This document shows, piece by piece, positions 8,852-16,687 of a DNA stretch of 50,675 nt. The position numbers and the translations under genes were made by a program. The notes beneath the pieces were generated by a model, which was given only the letters and a program-made list of their open reading frames with translations, ran no database searches and was not told the origin of the DNA. The stretch comes from a virus (lineage: Duplodnaviria; Caudoviricetes): the IMG/VR virus record IMGVR_UViG_3300047510_001736, positions 1 through 50,675 of that record; one strand, written 5' to 3'. Each line of letters opens with the position of its first letter. The first letter of the stretch is position 1.

Positions 8852-9169
8852 ATGAAAGTCCAACTAACACACGAAGAAGCCATTATTCTTCTCACAATTC
8901 ATCTCGCGGATAAGACGGATAGGCCCATTGAGCACGTTGAGATTATCGCTGAAAAGCCAGTGCGAGAAATCCACGCCGTGACGTACACAAGTGAGATGGT
9001 GCAAGAATTATGGGGCGATTTTATGGCGCCCACGAACGTAAGGCCAAATCTCGCGCCCGTTAAGATTAGCTTAATCAAGCTCTTCATGGGCTTGCATTAC
9101 AAGCTCACAGGCACGCAATGCGGCCTTGTGACGGCCAAGAACTTCGTTGAGAGCCACAAGACTTTTTGA
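8852..9169 (+). CDS. Protein with ribosomal L7/L12 C-terminal-like motif
   Basis: C-terminus KISLIK...LTGTQCGLVTAKNFVE resembles the bL12 CTD pattern KIxVIKxxRxxTGLGLKEAKxxVE. Confidence 0.55.
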   Translation: MKVQLTHEEAIILLTIHLADKTDRPIEHVEIIAEKPVREIHAVTYTSEMVQELWGDFMAPTNVRPNLAPVKISLIKLFMGLHYKLTGTQCGLVTAKNFVESHKTF

Positions 9170-9172
9170 TTT

Positions 9173-9394
9173 ATGAACTGTGAAGATTATCCATGCTGCG
9201 GCCACGAGCCGGGCGGCTGTCCTGTTACCGACGAAAACGGTGCAGAGCGTTTCCGTTGCGCCCGTTGCAGCGTTTTGATGCCTCCACAAGCCCGAAGCGC
9301 TGTTTGCGATCGTTGTCACAAGCGCTGGGCGTTTGAAGAATACAGCGACGAAATGCCTGATCGTTATTATGAAGACGGAAGACGAATCTTTTAA
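9173..9394 (+). CDS. Cys-rich putative zinc-binding protein
   Basis: CEDYPCCGH..C plus CxxC...CxxC. Confidence 0.65.
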   Translation: MNCEDYPCCGHEPGGCPVTDENGAERFRCARCSVLMPPQARSAVCDRCHKRWAFEEYSDEMPDRYYEDGRRIF

Positions 9395-9404
9395 TAAAAC
9401 TCCA

Positions 9405-9530
9405 ATGAACGAAGAACCACAAGACGAAAATCCCACGCTTGAAGATCTCCGCGCGGAGATTGGCCGTTATGACGACGAGCCTCTTGATGATGGTCCGGGA
9501 TGGGACTTAGGCCGGGAGGAAATGCTATGA
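9405..9530 (+). CDS. Very acidic small protein (41 aa)
   Basis: ATG at 9405 within ORF 9333..9530; 15 D/E versus 3 R. Confidence 0.55.
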   Translation: MNEEPQDENPTLEDLRAEIGRYDDEPLDDGPGWDLGREEML

Positions 9531-9661
9531 AAAAAAGATCACCAAGTCAAAAAATCTTTCACGCCGTTATTATGATTATTGTCATGCTCGGGGCTTGTTT
9601 CATTCTAGCTCTTAGCACTGTGGCATTTTTCATCAAAAACTTATTCACAAAAAAGAAATGA
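9527..9661 (+). CDS. Small single-TM protein (44 aa)
   Basis: MKKRSPSQKIFHAVIMIIVMLGACFILALSTVAFFIKNLFTKKK; ATGA overlaps on both sides. Confidence 0.65.
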   Translation: MKKRSPSQKIFHAVIMIIVMLGACFILALSTVAFFIKNLFTKKK

Positions 9662-9918
9662 CCAATAGATGTCTCCGTTGTCTCCAAATCATCGACACAG
9701 AGCGCAAGGCATTAGGCTTTGATAGGTGTATCAAATGCGCACCTCAATGGACGTACAAAGGCGCTTTGAACTTTGGCCACAAAACAGGCGGCTCAGTGCA
9801 GCCAATGCATCCTGATGCGTTCAAGGTGCATAAAAGAGTAACCCACAGATCTGCAAAGGGTACAAATGGCAAAGCATTTCAGCAAGGCACAACAAACATA
9901 ACCATTAAAGATGCATGA
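9658..9918 (+). CDS. DksA/TraR-type C4 zinc-finger protein
   Basis: CLRC-LQII-DTERKA-LGFDR-CIKC resembles CxxCxxxIxxxRxxAxxxxxxCxxC; no coiled-coil acidic tip. Confidence 0.55.
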   Translation: MTNRCLRCLQIIDTERKALGFDRCIKCAPQWTYKGALNFGHKTGGSVQPMHPDAFKVHKRVTHRSAKGTNGKAFQQGTTNITIKDA

Positions 9919-10088
9919 TCATCATAATCCCCTCACATATCAAAGGCTTTTACAGCTATTGTCTCGCGCCTGTATCGAATACGTTAGACATTCATGTCTA
10001 CATTCAACGTATCCTAAGTGACAACGTGCTCAGTGTAGACTTCAACCTAACCGCCGAAGAACTCGGTCAGATTCTCGGCGGTAACTAA
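9915..10088 (+). CDS. Small hypothetical protein (57 aa)
   Basis: MIIIIPSHIKGFYSYCLAP...GQILGGN; ATGA overlap with the upstream gene; followed by a terminator. Confidence 0.5.
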   Translation: MIIIIPSHIKGFYSYCLAPVSNTLDIHVYIQRILSDNVLSVDFNLTAEELGQILGGN

Positions 10089-10103
10089 TTCTCCATAAAG
10101 CAC

Positions 10104-10130
10104 AAGCCCTTTACGGAGGGCTTCTCTTTG
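10104..10130 (+). terminator. Probable rho-independent terminator
   Basis: AAGCCCT-TTACGG-AGGGCTT then CTCTTT. Confidence 0.6.
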
Positions 10131-10158
10131 TGGAGCTTTTTTACACCAAGATAAAACT

Positions 10159-10174
10159 TGGCATTCAAGAAGCT
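10159..10174 (+). promoter_or_regulatory. Sigma-54-type promoter (ARAAGCT class)
   Basis: AAAACT-TGGCATTCAAGAAGCT (GG-N10-GC); near copy of the 11063 promoter; follows a terminator. Confidence 0.8.
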
Positions 10175-10278
10175 CTATCGCTTTGCCGCCCGTTGACGGC
10201 GTGCGAAATGTAAGTGGTCGCGCGACCTCAAACATCCCAAACTCAAGTCAACAAGTTAGAAATAAAAACATAAACATC

Positions 10279-10923
10279 ATGAGCACCAAGAACCTCGAAC
10301 TCGTCGCCTCCTTTGCTGGATCTGTCTTCCAGTCTGATGCCGACGGCAATCCTCTGTTCGTCACCTCTGAGCGTCACGTCCGCAAGACTGCCAAGAGCGC
10401 AGAGCGCACTGTCTCCTTCCAGAAGCCCGTTCTGGCCGTGAGCGATCTGCAATACTACATCAAGCGCGGCGAAGCCTTGGCTGAGATCGCGACCGAGCAC
10501 GTCACGAAGGTGAAGAATGAAGATGGCTCTGTGACCGAGACCAAGCGCGTCTCTAATGCGCTGAGCGATCTCGTCGCCGAGCACCTGCTCGACATCAGTG
10601 AAGACGCTTCTGAGGCCTATCTCAGCAAGGGCAACACTCCGGACTACTTCGCCGCCTTCATCTACGGTGTCAGCGCCGATCGTGAGACTGAGAAGTCTGT
10701 CCTCAAGAAGATCGAGTCGATCCGAAGCGAGATCGGCTCGATCGTGTTCGCTCTGGCTGGCGAGTGGACCGAAGACACTGCTCGCTCGCTGGGCGTGAGC
10801 GACAAGGACGCTGCGATCGCCAAGCAGTCCAACCTCATCGCCTCGCTGGCTCAGCTTCTCGCCAAGGCCAACGAGCTCAGCGCCGCGAAGGCCAAGCGTG
10901 AAGCCAAGAAGGCGAAGGTCTAA
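10279..10923 (+). CDS. Hypothetical protein, probably highly expressed (214 aa)
   Basis: Likely start MSTKNLELVAS at 10279; capsid-like codon bias; own promoter and terminator; Ala/Lys-rich C-terminus. Confidence 0.8.
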   Translation: MSTKNLELVASFAGSVFQSDADGNPLFVTSERHVRKTAKSAERTVSFQKPVLAVSDLQYYIKRGEALAEIATEHVTKVKNEDGSVTETKRVSNALSDLVAEHLLDISEDASEAYLSKGNTPDYFAAFIYGVSADRETEKSVLKKIESIRSEIGSIVFALAGEWTEDTARSLGVSDKDAAIAKQSNLIASLAQLLAKANELSAAKAKREAKKAKV

Positions 10924-10971
10924 TAGTTTTACTTCCTCACGAAGTAATCTGCAATACAACTAAATCACAAG

Positions 10972-11010
10972 GAGCCTCTGTGGGAGCAATCTCACAGAGG
11001 CTTTTTCTTT
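10972..11010 (+). terminator. Rho-independent terminator
   Basis: AGCCTCTGTGGGA-GCAA-TCTCACAGAGGCT then TTTTCTTTT. Confidence 0.85.
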
Positions 11011-11062
11011 TAGGTCTTTTTCAAAGTGTTCCACATTTTGGCATTCAACAGATGCCAAAACT

Positions 11063-11078
11063 TGGCACACTAGAAGCT
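11063..11078 (+). promoter_or_regulatory. Sigma-54-type promoter of phage rpoN (ARAAGCT class)
   Basis: AAAACT-TGGCACACTAGAAGCT (GG-N10-GC), ending 34 nt before the rpoN ATG. Confidence 0.8.
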
Positions 11079-11112
11079 CCTTTGCATAGGCTAACAACCA
11101 CCACTAGCCAAC

Positions 11113-12402
11113 ATGAAGTTTTCTCTTAACGTACAACAGACGCAAAGTCTGATCCTCTCGCCGCAGTTGCAGCAGTCGTTAGCTCTACTGCAAGCTCCTC
11201 TCTGTGAACTCCATAACCTGATGGAGTCTTTCACGCAGGATAATCCTTGCGTTGAACTCCTCGATAGAGACACGCCCGAAGAAGAGATCTTGTTTCGCAA
11301 TGACAAAGCAGAACTTCCACAAGACATGCAGTGGACTAGTTCTTACAGCCTGCCCGCCCGAGAGGAATATCCGCTGGAGAATAATCCCTCACGCGATGAG
11401 ACACTCGAAGAGTATCTTCTGAGAGAGTTGACAATAGCGCAACACGACACGAGCATCATACATCTGCTCGACGAGAGGGGATTCTACACGGGCGATCTTG
11501 ATGCACTAAGCACACGGCAAAGAGATGCTCTGCGTTTCATAAGAACACTAGAACCACGCGGACTAGGCGCTTTGGGATTAGCAGACTGCTTGTGCTTGCA
11601 GCTAGATGAGAACTCACTAGCCTACAAAATCCTCCAACAAGACGAAGACCTCTTTACTCGAAGACAAATCCCCCTTCTCTCTAAGAAATATAACGAAACA
11701 TTCACAACCATAGAGAATCTTTACAAATCTCTAAGCAAACTAAACTACAATCCAGCCTCCGAATTCTCTTCTTCAACGCACACACCTAAAGACGCAGAGA
11801 TCTTTCTCGATAAAGATCTCAATATCACGATCCCGTCCGAGCGTCTTCCGATCTACAAGATCAATCAGACTTATCTCAACTATCTCGACAAGCTCTCCGC
11901 GGCGGACAGAGAATACATCCGAGATCGCGTGAAGCAAGGTAAGTTTCTGATTCGTTCAATCACTCAGCGCCAGTCGACTTTGTTTAGTGTCACAAAAGCG
12001 ATCGTTGAGTACCAACAAGACTTCTTCCGCAGCGGAAACATTAAAGATCTCAAGCCTCTCATCATGGCACAGATCGCCACCGTGTGTGAGATCCATGAGA
12101 CTACCGTGTCAAGAGCAGTGCATAACAAATACATCAGCACGCCGCACGGCACATACGAATTAAGATTCTTCTTCACCTCAGCCATTATCAACCACAATGA
12201 AAACACCATGCAGTCAAACCTAAGCATAAAGAATCAGATCGCAGAGATCATCTCGCGCGAGGACAAATCTCGCCCACTCAGCGACGAGGACATCGTAGTT
12301 CTTCTTAAGAATACAATCGCTCGCCGCACAATCGCAAAATACAGAGCCGAACTAGGCATTCAACCGTCTCACCTCCGTAAAGTCTATGCCTCCTCAAAAT
12401 GA
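11113..12402 (+). CDS. rpoN: RNA polymerase sigma-54 factor (phage-encoded RpoN)
   Basis: Region I QQTQSLILSPQLQQSLALLQAP; core-binding motifs LDERGFY and LEPRGLGA..LADCLCLQL; HTH LKPL..QIA..CEIHETTVSRAVHNKYISTPHG; PLSD; RpoN box ARRTIAKYR. Confidence 0.97.
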   Translation: MKFSLNVQQTQSLILSPQLQQSLALLQAPLCELHNLMESFTQDNPCVELLDRDTPEEEILFRNDKAELPQDMQWTSSYSLPAREEYPLENNPSRDETLEEYLLRELTIAQHDTSIIHLLDERGFYTGDLDALSTRQRDALRFIRTLEPRGLGALGLADCLCLQLDENSLAYKILQQDEDLFTRRQIPLLSKKYNETFTTIENLYKSLSKLNYNPASEFSSSTHTPKDAEIFLDKDLNITIPSERLPIYKINQTYLNYLDKLSAADREYIRDRVKQGKFLIRSITQRQSTLFSVTKAIVEYQQDFFRSGNIKDLKPLIMAQIATVCEIHETTVSRAVHNKYISTPHGTYELRFFFTSAIINHNENTMQSNLSIKNQIAEIISREDKSRPLSDEDIVVLLKNTIARRTIAKYRAELGIQPSHLRKVYASSK

Positions 12403-13120
12403 AAACGACCAAAAAGAAAACCAAATCACAAGCGAATCCCTCTGGGGATTGCTCTTTCCAGCCTGCTCTTGTCATGTCGATACAGAGCGCGGCCACTTCA
12501 TCCGCAGAACTGCAGGAAATAATCTTGCCCATGCGATTGTTGCTACAAATGAAACAGCGGACTGGGTCAAAGCTCACTGCGCGGGTGAGCATATCCATAT
12601 ACAGAGAATCGACGAAGATGGATTGTCCTATAGCGTCATATGGGACTCTACAGAATGGAACCTTTCGGATGAAAGAAGAAGAACACTTCGTGCAAACCAC
12701 CTTGCCTCTGACATATCCTTCCTCCACAAAAAAGCGGAAGAGCTGCGGATCGAAATGATCGCCGACGCCTTGTCGAAGGCGAAGCTCTTCACCAAACAGA
12801 AAGCATTCGAAGTCGCCGCCGCGATCACATCGCAGGGCGAAGAAGTTTATCTTAATAAATCAAGGCAGTTGAATGATGCCTTAAAAGGCGCGTTCAACAA
12901 TATCAACTGTTACTTTCCCATCGAAGAAGTTCTCCGTATTGTAGACACTCGCGGTCTGTTAGAAAAGATTAGTCCTGTAAATATTCAACAAGAAACTCAA
13001 CCACAACAAGATGAACAAAAACCTACAGAAGAAATGTCAGAAGGAAGCAGCACGCCTCAAAGCCAAGATGGACAAGGCTACTACCAAGAATGTAGTCTTA
13101 CGCCAACGGCTGGAGGATGA
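12386..13120 (+). CDS. Hypothetical protein
   Basis: 244-aa ORF covering the gap after rpoN; overlaps its neighbours at both ends. Confidence 0.6.
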   Translation: MPPQNENDQKENQITSESLWGLLFPACSCHVDTERGHFIRRTAGNNLAHAIVATNETADWVKAHCAGEHIHIQRIDEDGLSYSVIWDSTEWNLSDERRRTLRANHLASDISFLHKKAEELRIEMIADALSKAKLFTKQKAFEVAAAITSQGEEVYLNKSRQLNDALKGAFNNINCYFPIEEVLRIVDTRGLLEKISPVNIQQETQPQQDEQKPTEEMSEGSSTPQSQDGQGYYQECSLTPTAGG

Positions 13121-13316
13121 AATGCTTGCGGTGCAAAAGAAACTTACACCCCTGCTTAACAAGAGAGATGCTATCAACCGCTCATTCGCACACCTTGACA
13201 AACCAACCGCAGAGAGTATCGTCTTCGGCGAGTACATCTCTCTCATCTCCCGCACTCCACAAGCCTACGGTTTCAAGAACGCTGAGGAAGTGATCGCGAA
13301 GTTGATGGACCTATAA
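13011..13316 (+). CDS. Hypothetical basic coiled-coil protein
   Basis: 101 aa; ends 4 nt before the helicase ATG. Confidence 0.6.
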   Translation: MNKNLQKKCQKEAARLKAKMDKATTKNVVLRQRLEDEMLAVQKKLTPLLNKRDAINRSFAHLDKPTAESIVFGEYISLISRTPQAYGFKNAEEVIAKLMDL

Positions 13317-13320
13317 GACT

Positions 13321-15492
13321 ATGAACATATTCTCTACGCCAGCCGGAGTAAAGAAAGCCGCGCCAGCAGAAGCTACTTACACAAGCAAGGAAGATCGCCT
13401 TCAACAGACCGCTCTCACCACCGCGCGAGCGCAAGCGAAGAAGCTGACAGATCTCTACCGCAAGGAGCCTTATGAGTGGGACTTCTTACAGCGTGAGTTG
13501 AATCTCACCACCATTCCATCCATCAAGCTAGACTATGCAACCCTCTTAGGATTTCTACAGGGCTGGGTTAATCAAGCCCCTCTAAGGCAACAAAAGGAAG
13601 CTCTTCGCCTCGCAGAGGAAGCAGCCTTGCGGGAGAAAAGAACCTACAGCACCATCGACATCAAGCTCCCCAACGGCCTCGACTTCAAGCCGCAGCAGAA
13701 GAAAGCTATCGCGGCCTTGCTCGACGTGCTGTACAAAGACAACCTTAACGGCGCACTTGTCCCACTCGGCACCGGCAAAGGTAAGAGCTGGATCGCCGCC
13801 GGTCTCGCACTATGGCTACAGAAACATGACCCGCAAAAGTTCTGTAACTTTCTCGGCTTGTTTCCGCCTATCCTAATCATCACCAAGAAGTCTGTCGTCC
13901 TTGACTTCCGAGACACACTGAAGAAGCTGGGCCTTGAAAGCGTCGGCCTCGCTGTCGACGTGTGGTCATACAACGAAGTCTTCTCCACGAAGAACAAGAA
14001 CTTCTTCAAATCCGAAACCACGGAGATCTTCGGTCAAGCTACAAACGTGATACGCTTCAACCTGCCCGAGCAAGCGGCGCCCAAGCTTATCATCCTCGAC
14101 GAGTGTCAGGAGATTAAGAAAGAGAAGTCTAAGAGAACTAAATATCTCGAAGCCTTCTTGCAATTCCCATCTATCAAGTGGGTCTTCACCTCAGCCACGC
14201 CCGCAGTCACGGTGTGGGACACAATGTTCATGACTCTCGCCATGCGCTTGCCTTACGGAGCAAGACCTCTCACGAGAGAGACATTCCCAGAGTTCGCTCG
14301 CACTCTCACTCTCGGCGCAGATCCCCGCTCGGCGAATGCAGCCGCACTCGAACGCTGGGCCGGTGCGCTTGGCGACAGACTAGTCAAGCCGCCGGGCGAT
14401 CCTCAAAAGGTGAAGGCGCTCAACAAAGTCAAGCTCTTTGAGATCACTGATCCAGCGAATCAGAACATGCTCAAGAATGCGATGAAGAATTATCTTGAGG
14501 CTATCGAGCGCACTGGTCGTTCGATAGATCCACAAGGTCAAGTCATGGTCGCCTTCATGGTCATGGCCCGAGCGGCCGAGCTTGCTACTGTAGACACATG
14601 GGTCGCAGACGCGATCGCCGCTCATCAACAAGGCTATGCGCCAGTCATTGCAATCCGCTTCACCGAGACTCTCAAGGAGCTAGTCATGAAGCTCTGTGAT
14701 AGTGAATACTTCCGCAGTAAGAATCTCAACAAACAAAAGATCTCCCTCATCTGGGGCGGCAACAAAGAGATCAAGCCCGAGGAACTTCTCCCAGAAACCC
14801 GCGCGGCAGAGATCGCTGCGAAGATGGGCATGTGGATTCTTGACAATCCGCACGAGGCAAGAAAGCCTAAAGCAGATGACATTGGGATAACCAAAGAGGA
14901 GTTCCGAGCCTTCCACAAAGGCATCAAGTACACAAGCGAGAGAATCTTCCGAGAGATGACAAAGGATGCATTCGCCGCGCGCAATGAGAAGCTTAGAGAG
15001 ATGAAGCTTCACAATCAGAACCAGAAAGAAAGACATGAGAACGTGCAAGCGTTCCTCAATGGAGAGACTGAGTTCTGTATCTATACCCTCTCAAGCGGTG
15101 GTACGGGTATCTCACTGGATCATCGCTATCAACACACACGACCACGCAAAGTCGCATCGACTATGACCTATTGGGCTGAGGAGTTTGCTCAAGCTCTCGG
15201 TCGTTGTGTCCGTATCACAACCCTCACCGACACACTGCAAGAGATCTATGTTCCCGAGGGCACAATCCTCAGTGATCACATGGCTCCTAAGCTTGCGAGA
15301 AAACTCAAATCCGTAGACGCAATCGGCTCATCGAACGTCGATCTGGCTGGCGAACTTGAGAAGGCACTCAAGGATAAGGCGGCGGTCGTGAGACTTACCG
15401 CCGAAGATCTCACCGCCTCTGAATCCTCCGGCGTCGTTGAGGTTGAGGAGGAAGAAGATGATGAGGAGGAACTTGTAGAGTCTGCCAGTTAA
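13321..15492 (+). CDS. Superfamily 2 helicase
   Basis: Q motif KPQQ, motif I GTGKGKS, II ILDECQ, III TSATP, V SGGTGISL, VI QALGRCVR; acidic tail. Confidence 0.9.
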   Translation: MNIFSTPAGVKKAAPAEATYTSKEDRLQQTALTTARAQAKKLTDLYRKEPYEWDFLQRELNLTTIPSIKLDYATLLGFLQGWVNQAPLRQQKEALRLAEEAALREKRTYSTIDIKLPNGLDFKPQQKKAIAALLDVLYKDNLNGALVPLGTGKGKSWIAAGLALWLQKHDPQKFCNFLGLFPPILIITKKSVVLDFRDTLKKLGLESVGLAVDVWSYNEVFSTKNKNFFKSETTEIFGQATNVIRFNLPEQAAPKLIILDECQEIKKEKSKRTKYLEAFLQFPSIKWVFTSATPAVTVWDTMFMTLAMRLPYGARPLTRETFPEFARTLTLGADPRSANAAALERWAGALGDRLVKPPGDPQKVKALNKVKLFEITDPANQNMLKNAMKNYLEAIERTGRSIDPQGQVMVAFMVMARAAELATVDTWVADAIAAHQQGYAPVIAIRFTETLKELVMKLCDSEYFRSKNLNKQKISLIWGGNKEIKPEELLPETRAAEIAAKMGMWILDNPHEARKPKADDIGITKEEFRAFHKGIKYTSERIFREMTKDAFAARNEKLREMKLHNQNQKERHENVQAFLNGETEFCIYTLSSGGTGISLDHRYQHTRPRKVASTMTYWAEEFAQALGRCVRITTLTDTLQEIYVPEGTILSDHMAPKLARKLKSVDAIGSSNVDLAGELEKALKDKAAVVRLTAEDLTASESSGVVEVEEEEDDEEELVESAS

Positions 15493-15540
15493 TTTAGTCA
15501 TGCCTAAATCATATCACCTCACAACAACAAGTCAACAAAA

Positions 15541-15765
15541 ATGTCCGACAAAGATCCTTTCCGCGTGCGGAATCCCGGATATCTCAGCATGTATTTGTTG
15601 GACTATCTGGTGGGCCAAGCTCTCACTGGGCTGTTGGCTAATCCAAACAACAAGGAAACCTTACAGCGTAATGCAGAGATCGCATTCGAACAGGCTGAAG
15701 CTGTGATCGAGTTGCGTGAACAAAGACTGGAGAAACAAAAACAAAAACAAAATGAACGCGTATGA
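15541..15765 (+). CDS. Small hypothetical phage protein
   Basis: 74 aa; LLDYLVGQALTGLLANP pattern typical of a common small phage protein family. Confidence 0.7.
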   Translation: MSDKDPFRVRNPGYLSMYLLDYLVGQALTGLLANPNNKETLQRNAEIAFEQAEAVIELREQRLEKQKQKQNERV

Positions 15766-16030
15766 ATGGAAACCAACAGGCGGCCCGAAGTGCCCGGGCT
15801 GTGGTGGAGAAGAGATAATAAATCAATACAAGCATAAGCAATGGCGCTGCGGATCTCACTGGTGTCATGAAGAGACAAAAGACTTCAAGCAGTCAACAGT
15901 CTGCCAGCGTTATGAACTAGATACCTTACACGCAAAGATAAAACAACTATCAAACACATTCGAATCATATCAGAAAGAAATCAAACGACAAGAAGCATTC
16001 AAATATACACCACCTGCAGGAAAGGATTAA
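15752..16030 (+). CDS. Zinc-ribbon plus coiled-coil protein
   Basis: CPGCGG...WRCGS..C; likely start MNAYEWK. Confidence 0.6.
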   Translation: MNAYEWKPTGGPKCPGCGGEEIINQYKHKQWRCGSHWCHEETKDFKQSTVCQRYELDTLHAKIKQLSNTFESYQKEIKRQEAFKYTPPAGKD

Positions 16031-16033
16031 CAT

Positions 16034-16336
16034 ATGTCACATCAACGTAAATCAACGCACATCACCCGTAAGAACTACTTCCTCACCTACGAGGAGAAGA
16101 TGCACATCCGCGAGTACATCCACGCTAACCCGCATCTAACTCGCGTGCAAGCGGGCGAGTACTTCGGAGTCTCGCGGGGCACTATCTCAAACATCAACAA
16201 GATGCCTTATCACAAGGAACACTATGATAAGATGATCTTTGAGTTGACTAATCTGAAGAATCAGATGGCTTCGAGGATTGCTGCGATGGACTTGAAGATC
16301 ATGCAACTACAAACCAAACTAGCAAAGTATGAGTAA
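16034..16336 (+). CDS. Helix-turn-helix DNA-binding protein
   Basis: LTRVQAGEYFGVSRGTISNI HTH followed by a coiled coil. Confidence 0.75.
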   Translation: MSHQRKSTHITRKNYFLTYEEKMHIREYIHANPHLTRVQAGEYFGVSRGTISNINKMPYHKEHYDKMIFELTNLKNQMASRIAAMDLKIMQLQTKLAKYE

Positions 16337-16502
16337 GTTTCATCAACGCGGTGATCAGTACGTCAGCAAGTATAAACTTGGATCACTCGACGAAGAGTAT
16401 CTTACGCGTGAAGAGATGGCCTCTACGCGCAAAGCTATCATGAAGTATAAGCTAAGAGATCCCGGGCCTTCAATATATTCAAAGAGAAAGAAGAAGAAAT
16501 GA
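16329..16502 (+). CDS. Small basic hypothetical protein (57 aa)
   Basis: MSKFHQRGDQYVSKYK...KRKKKK; overlaps both neighbours in operon fashion. Confidence 0.5.
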   Translation: MSKFHQRGDQYVSKYKLGSLDEEYLTREEMASTRKAIMKYKLRDPGPSIYSKRKKKK

Positions 16503-16687
16503 AAGGTAAGAGAGTAAGAAGTCTGGAAGCGTTAATCTTCCTTGCCCAACTAAAGCGCAGCGTCCTCATGCCACCGCGCATGAGCCAACGTCCTTGGCCC
16601 GCTGCATTTGTAATCAACATGAATCTTCTACACGTCTATCATCTACTGCGAGAAGGTATCTACATCTACGAACCTAAAACAAAATGA
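16499..16687 (+). CDS. Small hypothetical protein
   Basis: 62 aa; ATGA overlap with the activator gene. Confidence 0.55.
   Translation: MKGKRVRSLEALIFLAQLKRSVLMPPRMSQRPWPAAFVINMNLLHVYHLLREGIYIYEPKTK

Noticed and set aside
9915-10088. Hairpins suggesting an ncRNA
   Set aside because: A 57-codon ORF with ATGA coupling spans the region and explains it more simply.
12399-12758. Alternative 119-aa ORF after rpoN
   Set aside because: Fully nested in the longer 12386..13120 ORF. It has an ATGA overlap with rpoN, so it is not fully excluded.
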